From Eledone cirrhosa (Eukaryota): a DNA stretch of 64,000 bases. Of this stretch, positions 13,604 to 26,386 are shown piece after piece. The translations under genes were made by a program, and so were the position numbers. Within the stretch, counting starts at the first letter, position 1; each line of letters begins with the position of its first letter. The stretch covers positions 117,180,001 to 117,244,000 of the forward strand of contig OZ024745.1 of assembly GCA_964016885.1 (NCBI GenBank), read 5' to 3'. The notes under the pieces were generated by a model. The model saw nothing but the letters and a program-made list of their open reading frames with translations. It was not told the DNA's origin and made no database searches.

Positions 13604-13730
13604 TTTTTTTTTTGTTGCTGTTATTTTTCCTTTATCCTTTTTTTTTCCCTGCCTTATCCAATGGTTAAACAATGGAACAGTGGCTTTGAAGACATTTAGA
13701 AACTTCTCTTGGAGATCCAATATGCAATAC

Positions 13731-13772
<42 letters not shown>

Positions 13773-14548
13773 CCCTTTGGCTGTTAAGCAATTATTTTTC
13801 TTGAACATAACATTGTTTCGTTTTTGGTGCTTTAACTCCATGCTCACTGTCTAATAGTGTTCCTCTCAGTCATCCAACTTAGCTTTCCAACAACTGCAAT
13901 CGAAACATATTTCACTTTTGTACTTCTCAGCAACATGGACTTTAACAACTGGACATATATTCAACTATCTTTGGGCTAAGTTGCCTATTGGGGATTTTTT
14001 TTTTTTTTTGTTTTTTTTTTTTTTTGTTACTATAGGTTTTTTTTTCTGGTGCCATTCCTTGTTATTAAATTTAGCTTGTGAAAAATTACTTAAATTTGGT
14101 AAATTCCTGCAGAATGTCAGTTTAAAATTTTGACAAGAAGAGTTTTTATTTAAAACTTTGTCTTGATCCATTTGAATTTTTTAAAAAATATGCTTTTACT
14201 AAAAGTTATTTGCATAAAAAAAAAAGATAAAAGATAAATTAGACAACTTTACAGAAAAATAATCTTCATCCATTTCAAATGTCTTTTCTCATATTGACTT
14301 GATATAAGCAATACAATGTAACTCAGAAATTTTAAAGCAATAAGGATTCCTATTTCAATTTATTCATAGATATGATGCATTATTCAGATATTACATATAC
14401 ATACACTTACATACACACATTCAATATGCAATAATTATATCGTTTAGACTTACAAATTTAGACATGTAATAGCGCGGAAAAAATATTGTTAGCCATTGTA
14501 ACTAAAGTTTTCTTTTTATAGACTTCATCTGAAGGTTCAAGGTTTTTA

Positions 14549-14554
14549 AATAAA
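14549..14554 (+). promoter_or_regulatory. Candidate poly(A) signal of endophilin B
   Basis: AATAAA ~950 nt after the stop, followed by T/GT-rich sequence. Other AATAAA hexamers lie near 14879 and 15005. Confidence 0.3.
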
Positions 14555-15075
14555 GATACAATTTATTCATGTAACTTTCCATGTGTTTTTAATCATTTTT
14601 CAAGCATCGTGCAACCTACAAATTTAACCCAGTACTTACAGGTTGATGGTAAACAAAACAGCTAATGTACTTATACTTGGATTATTTTTTTAATTGTTTA
14701 GATTGACTAATAGAAATTTCCATTTCTTCAATTTTTCATTGTTGATATTTATTCCGTCATCATCATCACTTTCGTCTTCATCATCACTTTCAACATCCAA
14801 TTGTATCTTTTGCTGAACAAGCATCTTATAACCAGGCTTAGATCGTTTTTGTAAAGTCTGTAATTTAAATAATTGAAAAATAAAAGGCTAGCATCCTTAA
14901 ATTATTAATTCATGAAACAATCTTTATAAAGAACTTTCACTTAAAGGAAGAGGTCCATTTAAATTGTGATTTAGAAATAAGAAATTAATCAAATGAAACT
15001 CTATAATAAAAAAAAAAAATTAAAAAAATAAATTAAAAAAAAAAACTTATCACCAAAAAAATATCATTATTACTT

Positions 15076-15263
15076 GTGGATTGGCAGTATCGGTAGAGAG
15101 TCTGACGCCATGCTTTCCAGCATAGTTACGTCCCTTTACGGTCTGAGTTCAAATCCCGCCGAGGTTAACTTTGCCTTTCATCCTTACGAAGTTGATAAAA
15201 TAAAGTACCAGTAATGTACTGGGTAATTAATGTCCTTGTGCCAAAAGTAGAAACAATTATTAC
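15076..15263 (+). mobile_element. tRNA-derived SINE family A
   Basis: A-box TGGCAGTATCGG, B-box GAGTTCAAATCC, core GCCTTTCATCCTTACG..GTCGATAAAATAAAGTACCAG (from memory, MetaSINE-like central domain), (ATT)n tail. Confidence 0.85.
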
Positions 15264-15344
15264 TTTTCTATGTATATAATAATAATAATAATAATATGCT
15301 TATGGAATGAAAATATAGACACTAATAATATATACCATACTTAA

Positions 15345-16335
15345 CCCTTTAGCATTTACATTACTCTAAATTTACTATTGTATTTTCTTGGTAAAGGCTT
15401 TATCTCTCATAATCTCACATAATATTGAATCTATGAGATTTTGATGTTATTTATTTTGAGACCATGCTGCCATGTCCCGCGTCTCCAACAGACTAGTGTC
15501 TGTCCTTAGGGCATCAACATACGTTAACCTTGGTCTTTCTCTTCCAGTGTTTCCATGTAGGGGCTCCCACAGGAGCACTGAGTGCAATGTCAACTCTGGA
15601 TGTTGGTGAGCATGTCCAGCTAACCTCAGTCTCCTCTGTGTCACTTTTGAGCTGAGTTTTTCATCTTCAGTGTATACTGATTAATGTTCAGAGCCATCCT
15701 CAGCATTCATGTGTAGCACCCATCCACCATCTGAGTGAGTTTCTTGGTCAGTATCCAAGTCTCAGACCCGTACAGCAGCACAGACTCCACTACAGCAATG
15801 AAGAGGCAGATTTTCAGGTCTTTATGAAGGTCCGACTTCCACACCGATCTCAAGCTGTCGCACGCCGCCCAGGCTTTGCTCTTCCTCTCAACCACATCAT
15901 TTTCCGTATTCCCAATCTTTGCTCCCAAATACAGGAAGTCCTCAACCAATTCTAGCGGCTTCCCGCCTACATTAGTGATCCCCTCTGGCTTCTCAACATT
16001 CTCTACCAGATATTTTGTTTTAGTCTCATTCATTCTCAGCCCCACACTCATCGACACAGTCTCAACCTCCTGCGTCAAATCCTCTGCCTCCTTCACTGTA
16101 TTTGTCACCAAAACTATGTCGTCGGCAAATTCAGCATCCGATATCTTTTTCGCCTTAACTCTCCTGCTCTGAGCCGGTGCTACAGTAAAGCCAGAGTCCT
16201 GGTGTTTCTCCAGTGCAAGGCGCATACAATATGAAAATATAAACACATATAATGAATACAATTATTGCTAGCAACTTTATAAATACACAAAAATATGTGA
16301 TCAGAGCAAAGGAAAAAAAGTTAAAGGCTAAAGGG
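15345..16335. mobile_element. piggyBac-type MITE ends enclosing an RTE fragment
   Basis: TTAA|CCCTTTAGCATTTAC at 15341-15359 and GCTAAAGGG|TTAA at 16327-16339. Confidence 0.6.
15462..16232 (-). mobile_element. Decayed RTE LINE reverse-transcriptase fragment
   Basis: ORFs 15707-16261 (EFADDIVL, GLRMNETKTKY, VEDFLYLG, ESVLLYGSETW) and 15447-15644 (RRLRLAGH..GRERPRLTYVD). Confidence 0.92.
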
Positions 16336-16446
16336 TTAAATCACACTCTATAAGATGAATTATTGGTACACTATTTCTGAACAAAAAATAAAATAGTCAG
16401 AATTGGAACATGTTTGATAGGACAGAGCTGATTGAAAACCAAATAA

Positions 16447-16647
16447 CTGTTTTCAACACACCATATTATCATCACTGCTTTCAACACACCATATCATCAT
16501 CACTGCTTTCAACACACCATATCATCATCACTGCTTTCAACACACCATATCATCATCACTGCTGTCAACACACCATATCATCATCACTGCTGTCAACACA
16601 CCATATCATCATCACTGCTGTCAACACACCATATCATCATCACTGCT
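16447..16647. repeat. 25-28-bp minisatellite, ~7 copies
   Basis: Unit CTGCT(T/G)TCAACACACCATATCATCATCA, abutting a LINE (GAT)n tail. Confidence 0.92.
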
Positions 16648-17170
16648 TAACATCCATTTTTCCACACTGTCATTGGCTAGAAGAGTTGTCTCATTGTTAG
16701 ACAAGTCAGGACAGGTGACCATCTCTCGCTCATACAGAACTGATTTTGGCTTGGTTTCTATAGCTGGATGTCCTTCCTAATACCAACAAGATTTACAGTG
16801 TGTACTGTGTTCTTTTTGTCATGACACCTACACAACTGCTTTACAGTGTGGGCGTGGCACTTCTTGTTGTCACCTACATGATCACTTTACAGTGTGGGCT
16901 GGGCACGTCTTGTTGTGACATCTACATGACCACTTTACAGTGTGGGCTGGGTGCTTTTCGTCATGATACTTACATGACCACTATACAGTGGTTGGGTGGG
17001 GCATACTGTATATATGCTTAAGCTTTGGCCTGTGCTCGTGGGAACTCTGGTTTTCTGTATTATTGCATAAAGTCAGATCTCGGTCTTGTGTCATCACCTT
17101 TGAGAGGTGTAATTGGGCAGGGTCAGCTTTTATCACCTCATCCCAAGTCTTCTTGGGTCTTCCCACTCCA
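16640..17170 (-). mobile_element. 5'-truncated RTE family 1 copy (ORF end plus long 3' UTR with ~45-bp internal repeats)
   Basis: GRPKKTWDEVIKADPAQLHLSKVMTQDRDL matches the ORF end at 32620-32710. Four or five internal repeats containing CACACTGTAAAG. Confidence 0.8.
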
Positions 17171-17369
17171 AGGCTATATAATTATATATAGAAATATATA
17201 TATAAATGTGGTTTGTGCTAGGAAGGGCAGCCAGGCATAAAAAAACATCCAGAAACAGTCCTATATGAGCGAGACACGGTCACTCGACCCAACTTGCCTT
17301 TAAATGGGACAAACCCATCTAACCCATGTTTGGTAGCATGGATGATGATGATGATGATAGATATATATA

Positions 17370-17645
17370 GGCATGCCACATAGTGGTTAGAGCAGTGTGT
17401 GGTACATTGTGTTCTTGGGCAAGACACTATTTCAGGTTGCTCCAATTCACTCAGCTGTAGAAATGAGTCACTGGTGCCAAGTTGTATCAGCCAATACCTT
17501 TCCCTTAGTCAACATCGGTGATGTGGAGAAGGGAGACAGGCATTCATGGGCGACTACTGGTCTTCCACAAATACACCTTGCTCAGGCTTGTCTCAGAAAG
17601 GAACTTTCTAGGTGCAAAACCATGTTCATTCATAATTGTAGGGGG
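17370..17645 (+). mobile_element. tRNA-derived SINE family B (internally deleted)
   Basis: TAGTGGTTAGAGCA head and CAAGACAC...GCTCCA...CTCAGCTGTAGAAATGAG body shared with 20421-20768. Confidence 0.8.
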
Positions 17646-18083
17646 CCTACGATACTATATATTGTCATTATAGAACTATATAGTGTATATATATAAGACT
17701 ATATTGTATACTGAGGGCTATGTAAACATGTATCTTTTTTTTATTAAGATTGTAGGATATTATTTGAGGCAGTTTTGACTGCTGTTTCTAGCATATCAAG
17801 TGATCATTTCAAAGTTCTCGCAATAGCTCATGATATTGAGAGTGTAGCACAAGTGAATCCATAGACCCAGTCTTCTATGACAAGCCTAATAATGTATTAT
17901 ATTAAAGGGTTTGTAGTGGTAAGTTGCCAGGAACAGTTGAACTAAGTTTGGCAGTATTTAGTTACATCCCTCTGGTATCTAAATTTAAATCTTGCCAGGT
18001 GAAAAGTCCTGCTGACCTATTTAATCAACATTACTCCAGACCAATTCCTGCCATCACCATTAGATGGTGAATGTTTGCAGATA

Positions 18084-18264
18084 CTATGTTGAGCCATCAT
18101 CAATTAATGTTAGGATAATCACCTCAAGAGAAATGCGATGAAGAGGAGGCAATGCACCTATTTTCTTAGGATTATCTTCCTTCAGCCAGTTCCTTACACA
18201 TCTTTCCAATTCTTGTAAACTAGTAAAACTATTTGAATAATAGTTTTCTGTTGAATCATTGTTG
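18084..18264 (-). CDS. CNBD2-like gene, probable last coding exon (exon 8)
   Basis: Acceptor tacaaaacag in phase 2 matches the upstream donor. Reads (S)NNDSTENYYSNSFTSLQELERCVRNWLKEDNPKKIGALPPLHRISLEVIILTLIDDGST*. An internal GAG|GTGATT donor at 18122 could mean a further exon. Confidence 0.65.
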
Positions 18265-18757
18265 CTGTTTTGTAAATTAGAAAACATTATTAAACTTGTA
18301 TAAAAGACAAGGAAATTATTATTGTATTCATCAACAATCTATTTCAGTGGTAATTATTGTTTTTACATCTTTTCCCTGCTCACATTGCTTGGGTGGGACA
18401 TTTTGAGGCAGAAGCCTTCAGCCAGATTCCTGACCCCCATTTCTTGTTTCTAAGAAACTTACTGATCTTTGAACCATGAATCACAAGACTTTATGTGGGA
18501 CAAGAACAAATATTATGACCTACACAGCAAGCATGCCTGCACACACATGTGTACACACATACACAATATACTTCTGTATAGTTTTCGCCTACCAGTTTCA
18601 TTCACAAGATATTGGTCAACCCAAAGCTATGATAGAAAATATTTGCTCAAAGTGCCATGTTGTAGGATAGATCCTGAAACCATGTGTTTGCAAAGTGAAT
18701 TTCTTAACAACACAGCCAAACAACTGAGGGTGTAAATGAAGTATCTTATGGATAATA

Positions 18758-19087
18758 CAGTGTCACCTGTGTATTTGTGGTTCAGCATTCGCGGTCCCAG
18801 TTATTCGAGGAATTTTCCTTAGAACCTAACTAATAATTATTCATGGAAAACATCACATATTCGCAGAATCGTAAATATCTTCCTCAATTTTTTTATGACT
18901 TTTTTTTCATGGCAATATATATTTTTTTCATACTTTTTAATGCTAAATTATTAATAACAATATACTGTATTTGCTGGCCTAAATTTCATGTCATATTTTG
19001 ACGTTTATAGGCATTTTTATGGACCATGCCCAATATTGGCAGTTTTTCACTCCTCATGGGTGCCCCACAAATACCGGGGGACAACTG
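18758..19087. mobile_element. Tigger/pogo-like MITE with TA target duplication
   Basis: TA|CAGTGTCACCTGTGTATTTGTGG ... CCACAAATACCGGGGGACAACTG|TA. Confidence 0.75.
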
Positions 19088-19809
19088 TACTTGGTTTACA
19101 ACATATCCTAATCCAATGGATGGTACTTACATTGGCCTGCCTTTTGAATTTCAATTTTCATTTTTGATACAATGTTGCTATTGGATGCCTAAAGATGTCT
19201 CAAATTCATTAGTGACCAGGAGTTGAAATACAGGCATTACTATTTCAGGACATAATAAAATCAACACTATATAGATGCTGGATCGTTTGTCAGTTTCTAC
19301 AATGTGTAGTTGTTCAATCAACCAAATGTTCATCTGTTTAAATTGTGTAAGTGGTTCAGTCTTCCACAGACACATGTACTCTAAATATTATTATTCCTAT
19401 AGTTACACAGTGTGGCAAGGCTGGATATTTCAATTACTGCTATATCCAATGGGCTTCTACACTATATGCATCTGCCTAATTTCATTTACAAGGTTTACTT
19501 GAGGCAATGGTAAAGACGCTTTTCCCAAGATGCCCCACATTGGGATCAACCCCCCAGGACCTCATAATTGTGAAGTCAATTTCTTAACCAGTCAACTATG
19601 CCTGCATCTATTATTATCATTTGTCTCAGCCTGATCTTGCTCATGATGGCTAAAACAAACTAAAGAACTATATATGTCTGTGTGTCATAGAGGGAGAAAA
19701 TGAAAGATTGAGTGAAGGGAATTGTTATTCAGAGGAGAAAAGCAAAATATTGAATTTTGAAATATTCTTCAATTTAAAACAATTTTTTTTTATATAAGTT
19801 AAGTCTCAC

Positions 19810-20332
19810 CTTGGCTGACTAGACTGAAATACATCCCTGGAAGACTGTTCTGTAGATTTATCGTTGACATATATTTGTGGAAATAAGCTTTTCTGAACTT
19901 TGGACTTAGTTTTCTTGTGAAACTTTTTTTGACGTGTAAGAAAAAATATATTTGGTGAAATATTTTGACTACGTTTTGATCTTCCATTCAATAAATATTT
20001 TGTTTGCAATTGTGAAATATCCAGTTTGGGATAAAGTATAGTGTTACGGAATTCCTGATGACTTTTATATTTTTGAGGGAACTCTAAACTCTGCTTTAAT
20101 CTGTTGTGAAGACAAGTCAATAATGGTATTTTTTGTTGACAATTTGCCAATATGGACAGTCTTGAAGAAAGTTTTGCTTCCAATTGGTTACGCATGCAAT
20201 CCACCGTTTCAAAGTGGTGACGAACAAATAGACGTTCAAAATGTTTTATTTCTAGAACAATAAGTTCAGTCCTTTCAGTACTAATTACTGTATGTAGATT
20301 GGTGTCCAATTTCAGCAACAGTTCTATATCAC
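19810..20332 (-). CDS. CNBD2-like gene exon 7 (end of second CNB domain plus basic tail)
   Basis: atttgtag|GT GAT ATA GAA (phase 1) ... CCA AG|gtgag (phase 2). 523 nt open: GDIELLLKLDTNLHTVISTERTELIVLEIKHFERLF... Confidence 0.88.
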
Positions 20333-20420
20333 CTACAAATATATAGAAACTGTTTTCAAATTTGAACATACATACATGCAATATTGAATGAGCAATTAAC
20401 ATTGTTTGTTTTTGATACTA

Positions 20421-20768
20421 TAGTGAAGGTGCATGGATTAGTGGTTACAGCATCAGGCTTACAAATCTTAAGGTTGTGAGTTTGATTCTTGGACCGGGCT
20501 TTGCATTGTATTTTTAAGCTAGACACTTCATTTCACGTTGCTCCAGTTTACTCAGTTGTAGAAATGAGTTACAATGTCACTGGTACCAAGCTGTATCAAC
20601 CATTGCCTTTCCCTTGGACAACATCGGTGGTGTGGAGAGAGGAGACTGGTATGCATGGGTGACTGCTGGTCTTCCACAAACAACCAACCCTAACTTGTGT
20701 CTCGGTGGGGAACTTTCTAGGTGCCAACCCCATGGCCATTTGTAACCGAAGGGGGTCTTTACTCCTTT
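20421..20768 (+). mobile_element. SINE family B, near full length (other copies at about 5760-5965, 21093-21205, 27325-27587, 28190-28310, 33112-33220, 39830-39990, 56195-56428)
   Basis: tRNA-like head (TAGTGGTTA...GAGTTTGATTC), conserved body, and 3' end ...ACCGAAGGGGGTCTTTAC. Confidence 0.85.
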
Positions 20769-21529
20769 AATGTACTATGCTTTTTTTTATCCAATAACTA
20801 TTGACATAGTGTTCCTTAGGCATTTTTTAAACCTGGCAGAGCCATTCTCCTCTCCAGGTTTGAATACAGCAGATTTCTTCTAGAGAAGGATAGATAGGGA
20901 GAGGATAGAAGTGAGAAAGAGACAGAAGAAGAATCGACCCCAAATGGATAAAAGACAAAGTTGACCGAAGTGAGATTTGAACTCGGAGAGTAGAGTGCCA
21001 AAATGACTACTGTAAAGCATTCTATCCGGTGTTCTAACAACTCACCATTTTATTATGTACTATAGGATATATAGTCTTCAGCTATGTAAAGACATGTAGC
21101 TTAGTGGTTAGAGAATTGGATTTGCTATCATGAGGTTGTGAGTTCAATTCGCTGGCCGGATGATGTATTATATCCTTGAGCAAGACACTTTATTTCATGT
21201 TGCTCTTTCTGCCAGGAGCTGCAACCACTAGATAGTATGGAAAAACCAATGGAAACATTGTTTCCTTGGTTTGATCTGATGAGTTCCACCCCCACTCAGT
21301 AAGCAAGGTCTGGGATCTTGTTAATCAATAAAAGTTGTAAATAGCTGTCTTTATGCATCACCATTGACAGTGAGAATGTCTAAAAATAAAGCCATTTACA
21401 ACTATCAAGTGTTTAATTAATTTACACAGGTATTAATTGAAATTTATCAGTTTAATATGTAGTACATCATAGCATTTAATTATGTATTGAACAATAAATA
21501 AATTTAATTAAAATAAGTAGTTACTTTAA

Positions 21530-21730
21530 CCTGTTGGCATTTACATTATATTTTCACTGTAAGCACTTTATTTCATATAATTATCTTATGTAATATTGAA
21601 TCTATGAGATTTTGATATTATTTATTTTGAGAACAATACCTTAAAATAAGTATGAGCAGCCAGTTACAGCTGGTTTGACCAAAAAGAGGTGAAAGAATTC
21701 TGGCCAGCTACAGCCAGTTTAAATGCTAAA
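21530..21730. mobile_element. piggyBac-type MITE, degenerate
   Basis: Homologous to 8611-8881 in reverse orientation. TTAA at 21526. Confidence 0.75.
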
Positions 21731-22229
21731 TGTGATAATTTCCTTCTTTTTTTCCTTGTACAATTGATATCCATATTTTGTGTTAACCCAGTTTTATTCT
21801 GATTGGTGGCTGTTTAGTCCCAGACTCAGGACAAATATATAAATATCTCCTCTGCAGTGTAAGTATGACTACATTATTTAAGGCAATACAGTATCATTTT
21901 GGAGAAATTTGGCTGCTATTTCTAGGAAGTGAAGCAATTGTATAGTCTCCCTTCTTTACTCATATTGGTATATTTTAAAGGAAAGAATTATGGCAGAGTG
22001 GTATGTGAATGGATGGTCCTGGGGGAATTGTAGGAGCACTGTATTGGCATACAGCATTTCTAGGGCATTTTTAAAGCTGGTGGAGCCCATTTCATCCAGC
22101 AAAGGATAGAGTGAGAGATATAGAGGAAGAATAGACTCCAGTACTTGACTGGTACTTTTTATATTGACCTCAAATGGATGAAAAACAAAGTTGAGCTCGG
22201 GGAGCAGAGAACCGAAAGAAATACTTTAA

Positions 22230-22421
22230 CCCTTTAGCATTTTGTGTTAAAGGCTTTATCTCACATAATTGTCCCACATATTATGGAATCTATGGGATTT
22301 CGATATTATTTATTTTGAGAACAATACCTTTATATCAGTATGAGTCACTAGTTATGACTGGTTTGAACAGAAAAAGGTGAGAGAATTCTGGCTGGATATA
22401 GCCGGTTTAAATGCTAAAGGG
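22230..22421. mobile_element. piggyBac-type MITE inserted in or beside a SINE A remnant
   Basis: TTAA|CCCTTTAGCATT ... AATGCTAAAGGG|TTAA. Confidence 0.9.
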
Positions 22422-22769
22422 TTAAAGGATTCTGACTTTTGCCACCTTCAGAGAGGTATATAAATTGTTTCATGCCTATATTAAATCTTTTCATTATTCC
22501 TTAAATTATCCAACAAAGAGTTTGGAATCTGGAATGATGTGAGACAAAAGACAAATTCTGAAAATATTAAAATATTCATAACACAGTTTGCAAAAAAATG
22601 TCTAACAATCACAATAAAAACACTCATGATGTGAAAAGTGAGCACAATTCTTTAAATATAATTTTTTTAAAATAGATATTTCAGAATTATTTTCAAGTCT
22701 GAGTATAAAATAATCTTTATTTCAACTGATTGTTTCCAGAAATGGATGTATTTCATTATTTTCATGAAC

Positions 22770-23570
22770 AGGATTGACATGCCCAGCCAGACTGGAAGTG
22801 GTATCAGGACTGGCAGTTGTAAAATTAGTTGGCTGGAATTTGCAGTGATATGGTATTACTTAACTCAACAGAAGATGTTCTCCAACATGCACATGATAGG
22901 TTTGATGCTGAGTGCTTCATGAGACACTCATCCTTTCATGGAAGCCTATACGGTGTACTCTACATGTCAATAGAGTTCCACTGAAGCAGGTGTTGAAATT
23001 CAAGTATCCTGGGGCCATGTTTGTGAGGGATAGAAGGCAAGAGGCTGAATTAAGTGTAAGAATTGCAGGAGCTGGTGCAGTAATGTGCCAGCTTCAGCAT
23101 TCTGTAATTATAAGAAGGGAAGTAGGCATAAAAGCCAAACTCACTATCTTCAATTTGGTATTCATGTCAACCTTTAACTATGGTCAGGAATCTTGGGTAA
23201 TGACCGAAAGAAAATGATCGCGAATACAAGTGGCTGAAATGGGGTTCTTCTGAAGTGTCTTTGGAGTAACGTTACTCAATAGAGCTGCTACTTCTCTGAA
23301 ATGAGAGATCACAGCTCCAATATTATGGGCATGTGGCTAGAATGTCTTAGGAAAGAATTGTTGAACAGATTTTATGGGTAAAACCAACCGGTAGGAGACC
23401 CAGGCGTAGACTGCGAACAAGATGGTTGGATAACATCCATGAGCTTGGCTGGTCTCATGGGGATCAGCCAGAACAGTTGGAAATGGTTGCTTCTGACAAG
23501 ACCCACTAGAAGCAGTTTTTGATGACTCTGCCCCACGACTCTGTCAGGAATAAGTGGTGAAGAAGAAAAA
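22770..23570 (+). mobile_element. RTE (Expander/Rex3-like) 3' fragment, family 3 (other pieces at about 24600-24700, 35180-35340, 55700-55910, 58500-58955)
   Basis: LKQVLKFKYPG...AKLTIF...YGQESWVMTERK(R)SRIQVAEMGF, a GRRPR..RWLD end, and a (GAA)n tail. Confidence 0.85.
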
Positions 23571-23606
23571 AAGGATGTATTTCCTAAGAAAATTATAACT
23601 ATTTAT

Positions 23607-23796
23607 ATAATTGTTTCTACTTTAGGCACAAGGCCAGCAATTACCCAGTACATTACTGGTACTTTATTTTATCGACCCCGTAAGGATGAAAGGCAAAGTT
23701 AACCTCGGCAGGATTTGAACTCAGACTGTAAAGGGACGTAACTATGCTAGAAAGTATGGCGTCCAACCCTCTACCGATACTGCCAATTCACCGCCC
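23607..23796 (-). mobile_element. SINE family A
   Basis: Reverse complement of 15076-15263. Confidence 0.88.
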
Positions 23797-23999
23797 TATA
23801 TAATAATGATAATAATGATAATAATGAAATTATTGTGTACAGTGCTCCCAACCTGCCTAATGTATTAAAAGATTGATTGAAATATTGACTACAGATTTTT
23901 CTTATGAGCAAAATAAAGAAAGAAAGATTATTTAAATTCAAATTATTTTTTAGTTTAATATTACAATATAGAAATGCAAAAAAATCATTATTTATTTAC

Positions 24000-24106
24000 C
24001 AATTATTTCATTTATACCAAGGTTGCACAGATGAATGATTTTAGGAGCTTGTTTTTGCCATTTCAATTTAGAAATATTCTTAAAATTGCTTGATGTTTCT
24101 TGTTGA
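24000..24106 (-). CDS. CNBD2-like gene exon 6
   Basis: gtctaacag|T CAA CAA GAA ... ATA ATT G|gtaaat. Reads QQETSSNFKNISKLKWQKQAPKIIHLCNLGINEII(G), which joins exon 7 to give the CNB-type motif LGINEIIGDIELL. Confidence 0.82.
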
Positions 24107-25224
24107 CTGTTAGACATACAAAAAAACACTGGTTATATGATTTTGGTTATTAATGACATAAATTTGGAAATTCATAAGAGTCAACGGCCATCTAAAAACA
24201 AAAAGAAAGTCTTGCCAAATCAATAGGTGGCAGTAGTTCCAGCTGCACGCATCAAAAGACTGGTGTAGTGGTTCTGAGAACAATGCAAATTGACAATGGA
24301 AAGGCGCTCCCACTCGAGTTAGAAGGGTACTATTGACCTTCAGGAGAAGCAGCAACCATTGTATCCAGCTACCAAAACAAATATGAAGTACACCAAATCC
24401 AATGCTCCTAGTGTAAACTCAGCCAGATTAGATTGGATATTTAGGAAGATAAAGTATGGGTATGCCTCAGGTAGAGGGGCTTGTTCAAAAAATATGTTGC
24501 AGTCTTCATTTGATGCCGTAAAAACTAGTGATGTGCCTGTGACCTGTCCTGGGAGGGGTAGGAACGCTCAAAGATTTCGTATCCCAAAACCTCAAAGAGT
24601 GGGATGCAGCCAGATCAATTGGAAACAGGATCCACTGGAAGGAGACTTTGAGGACTCTGCTCCCACATCCCTTTCAGAAATAAGTGGGCAACGAAGAAGT
24701 ATAGGGTACTGAATGGTTGTTTATATTCCTATTAAGATGTTTCTTGTTCAGGTGTGGAGCAAGTATTATGATAAATTGCGTTAAAATATCACAAAACTCC
24801 TCTCTAACATAGATTTATGTATCAGATATTTGCATAAGAATCTCGCTCTCTCTCTTTACCTCTCTTATTTCCCCTCCTGCTACTTCGAATGGATGAAAGG
24901 CAAAGTTGACCTCCGTGGGATTTGAACTCAGAGAGCAGAGAGTCGAACTGCAAAGTATTCGACTGCCAATTCGCCGCCTTAAAAATATATATAACTTGAA
25001 GAAACAGCATAGTTTAAAGGGGCATAACTCATAAGTGTTTTGGTTATCCAAAAGGAGTTATTTCTCTTGATATTCTGCTGCATGTTTGTTTTGGAGCTCT
25101 TCTGCTATATAACATTGGTGCATTTCTAGCAGCCTGGAGACACTCAAGTAAAGTAGAAAGTTCTGGAAAAGATAAAACCGCTTGTCACGGATAATAAAGC
25201 TAATGATGTTTACATCTAATATAA

Positions 25225-25792
25225 TTGTTTCTACTTTTTGCACAAGGCCAGCAATTATCCCAGTGCATTACTGGTGCTTTATTTTATTTATCCCATAAGG
25301 ATGAAAGGCAAAGTTAACCTTGGCGGGATTTGACCTCAGAACAATTTTACATCTAATATAATAACAGGCACCAAGCTTTTCAAGTGGGTTCCTGCATTAT
25401 TTTATTCGGACACCATACTTTATGTCATAGAGTTATGGCCCGTTACGTTCTGAGTTCAAATCCTGTCGAGGTTATCTTTGCCTTTCATCCTTACGGGGTC
25501 GATAAAATAAAGCACCAGTAACGTACTGGGATCGATTTAATCGACTTTCCCCTCCCCCTTCACATTGCTGGCCTTGTGCCTAAAACGGAAACCATTATTT
25601 TAGCGGTGGATTGGCAGTATCGGTAGAGGGTCGGACGCCATGCTTTCCAGCATAGTTACGTCCCTTTACGATCTGAGTTCAAATCCCGCCGAGGTTGACT
25701 TTGCCTTTCATCCTTACGGGGTCGATAAAATAAAGTACCAGTAATGCACTGGGTAATTGCTGGCCTTGTGCCTAAAGTAGAAACAATTATTT
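25225..25792. mobile_element. Cluster of three SINE A copies (one on - at ~25225-25340, two on + at ~25390-25600 and 25603-25792)
   Basis: Repeated A/B boxes and core. TTTACATCTAATATA duplication flanks the first copy. Confidence 0.85.
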
Positions 25793-25924
25793 TATTTTCT
25801 AATGAATCAAGTCATCTTCCGACGATTTCCGTATGAAATGGAACAAAACCGTCTAATCCATGCTACATGGAAGATGGACGTTAAACAATGATGATGATGA
25901 TGATATATATATATGTACATACAT

Positions 25925-26320
25925 ATAAATTATTAACCATCTTGCCAACAACAACCCTGAGTACCTTTTTGAATTCCATATGTCTAACACATGTGGGCAT
26001 GCCTACAAAGTCAGAAAACAGTATAGCTCCCATGACTTTCGGAAACATTTTTTCATGCTCAGAGTTGCTGAAACATGGAACAAACTGCCTGCATCAGTTG
26101 TTAGCTGTCGAGACACTGCATCCTTTAAAACCTCCATGCTTCTTGAGATTCGCCAACACTACACCTGATGTCCTCCCTCCATACACACCCACACACGTAT
26201 ACCATGACTCATACACTGTTCACTTTCCTGACATTTGTACATTATTCTATGCACAATACCTTTGATAAGTTGTAGTGCACCAGAGCACTGTACACAATAA
26301 TTTCATTACTATTATTATTA
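25925..26320 (+). mobile_element. CR1-clade LINE 3' fragment
   Basis: TCGHAYKVRKQYSSHDFRKHFFMLRVAETWNKLPASVV (CR1 TRGH...RV...WN.LP motif) and (ATT)n tail. Confidence 0.88.
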
Positions 26321-26386
26321 TATACACCCACGCGCCAGCATGTTGAAAAAGATTCTAGTCTATAAAAAGAGAATTAATATACTTGC

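Noticed and set aside
15076-15165. Functional tRNA genes at SINE heads
   Set aside because: A and B boxes are present, but each head runs into a SINE body and tail with no valid cloverleaf.
16790-17010. CRISPR-like repeat-spacer appearance (also the arrays at 37437-38605)
   Set aside because: The apparent spacers are homologous to each other, the context is eukaryotic, and there are no cas genes.
24359-24712. 117-aa ORF on +
   Set aside because: No recognisable domain. It spans a junction of two repeat fragments and is antisense within an intron.
25058-25163. Extra CNBD exon after strong-looking acceptors
   Set aside because: The frames I read run into stops without a good donor, and the gene model closes without it.
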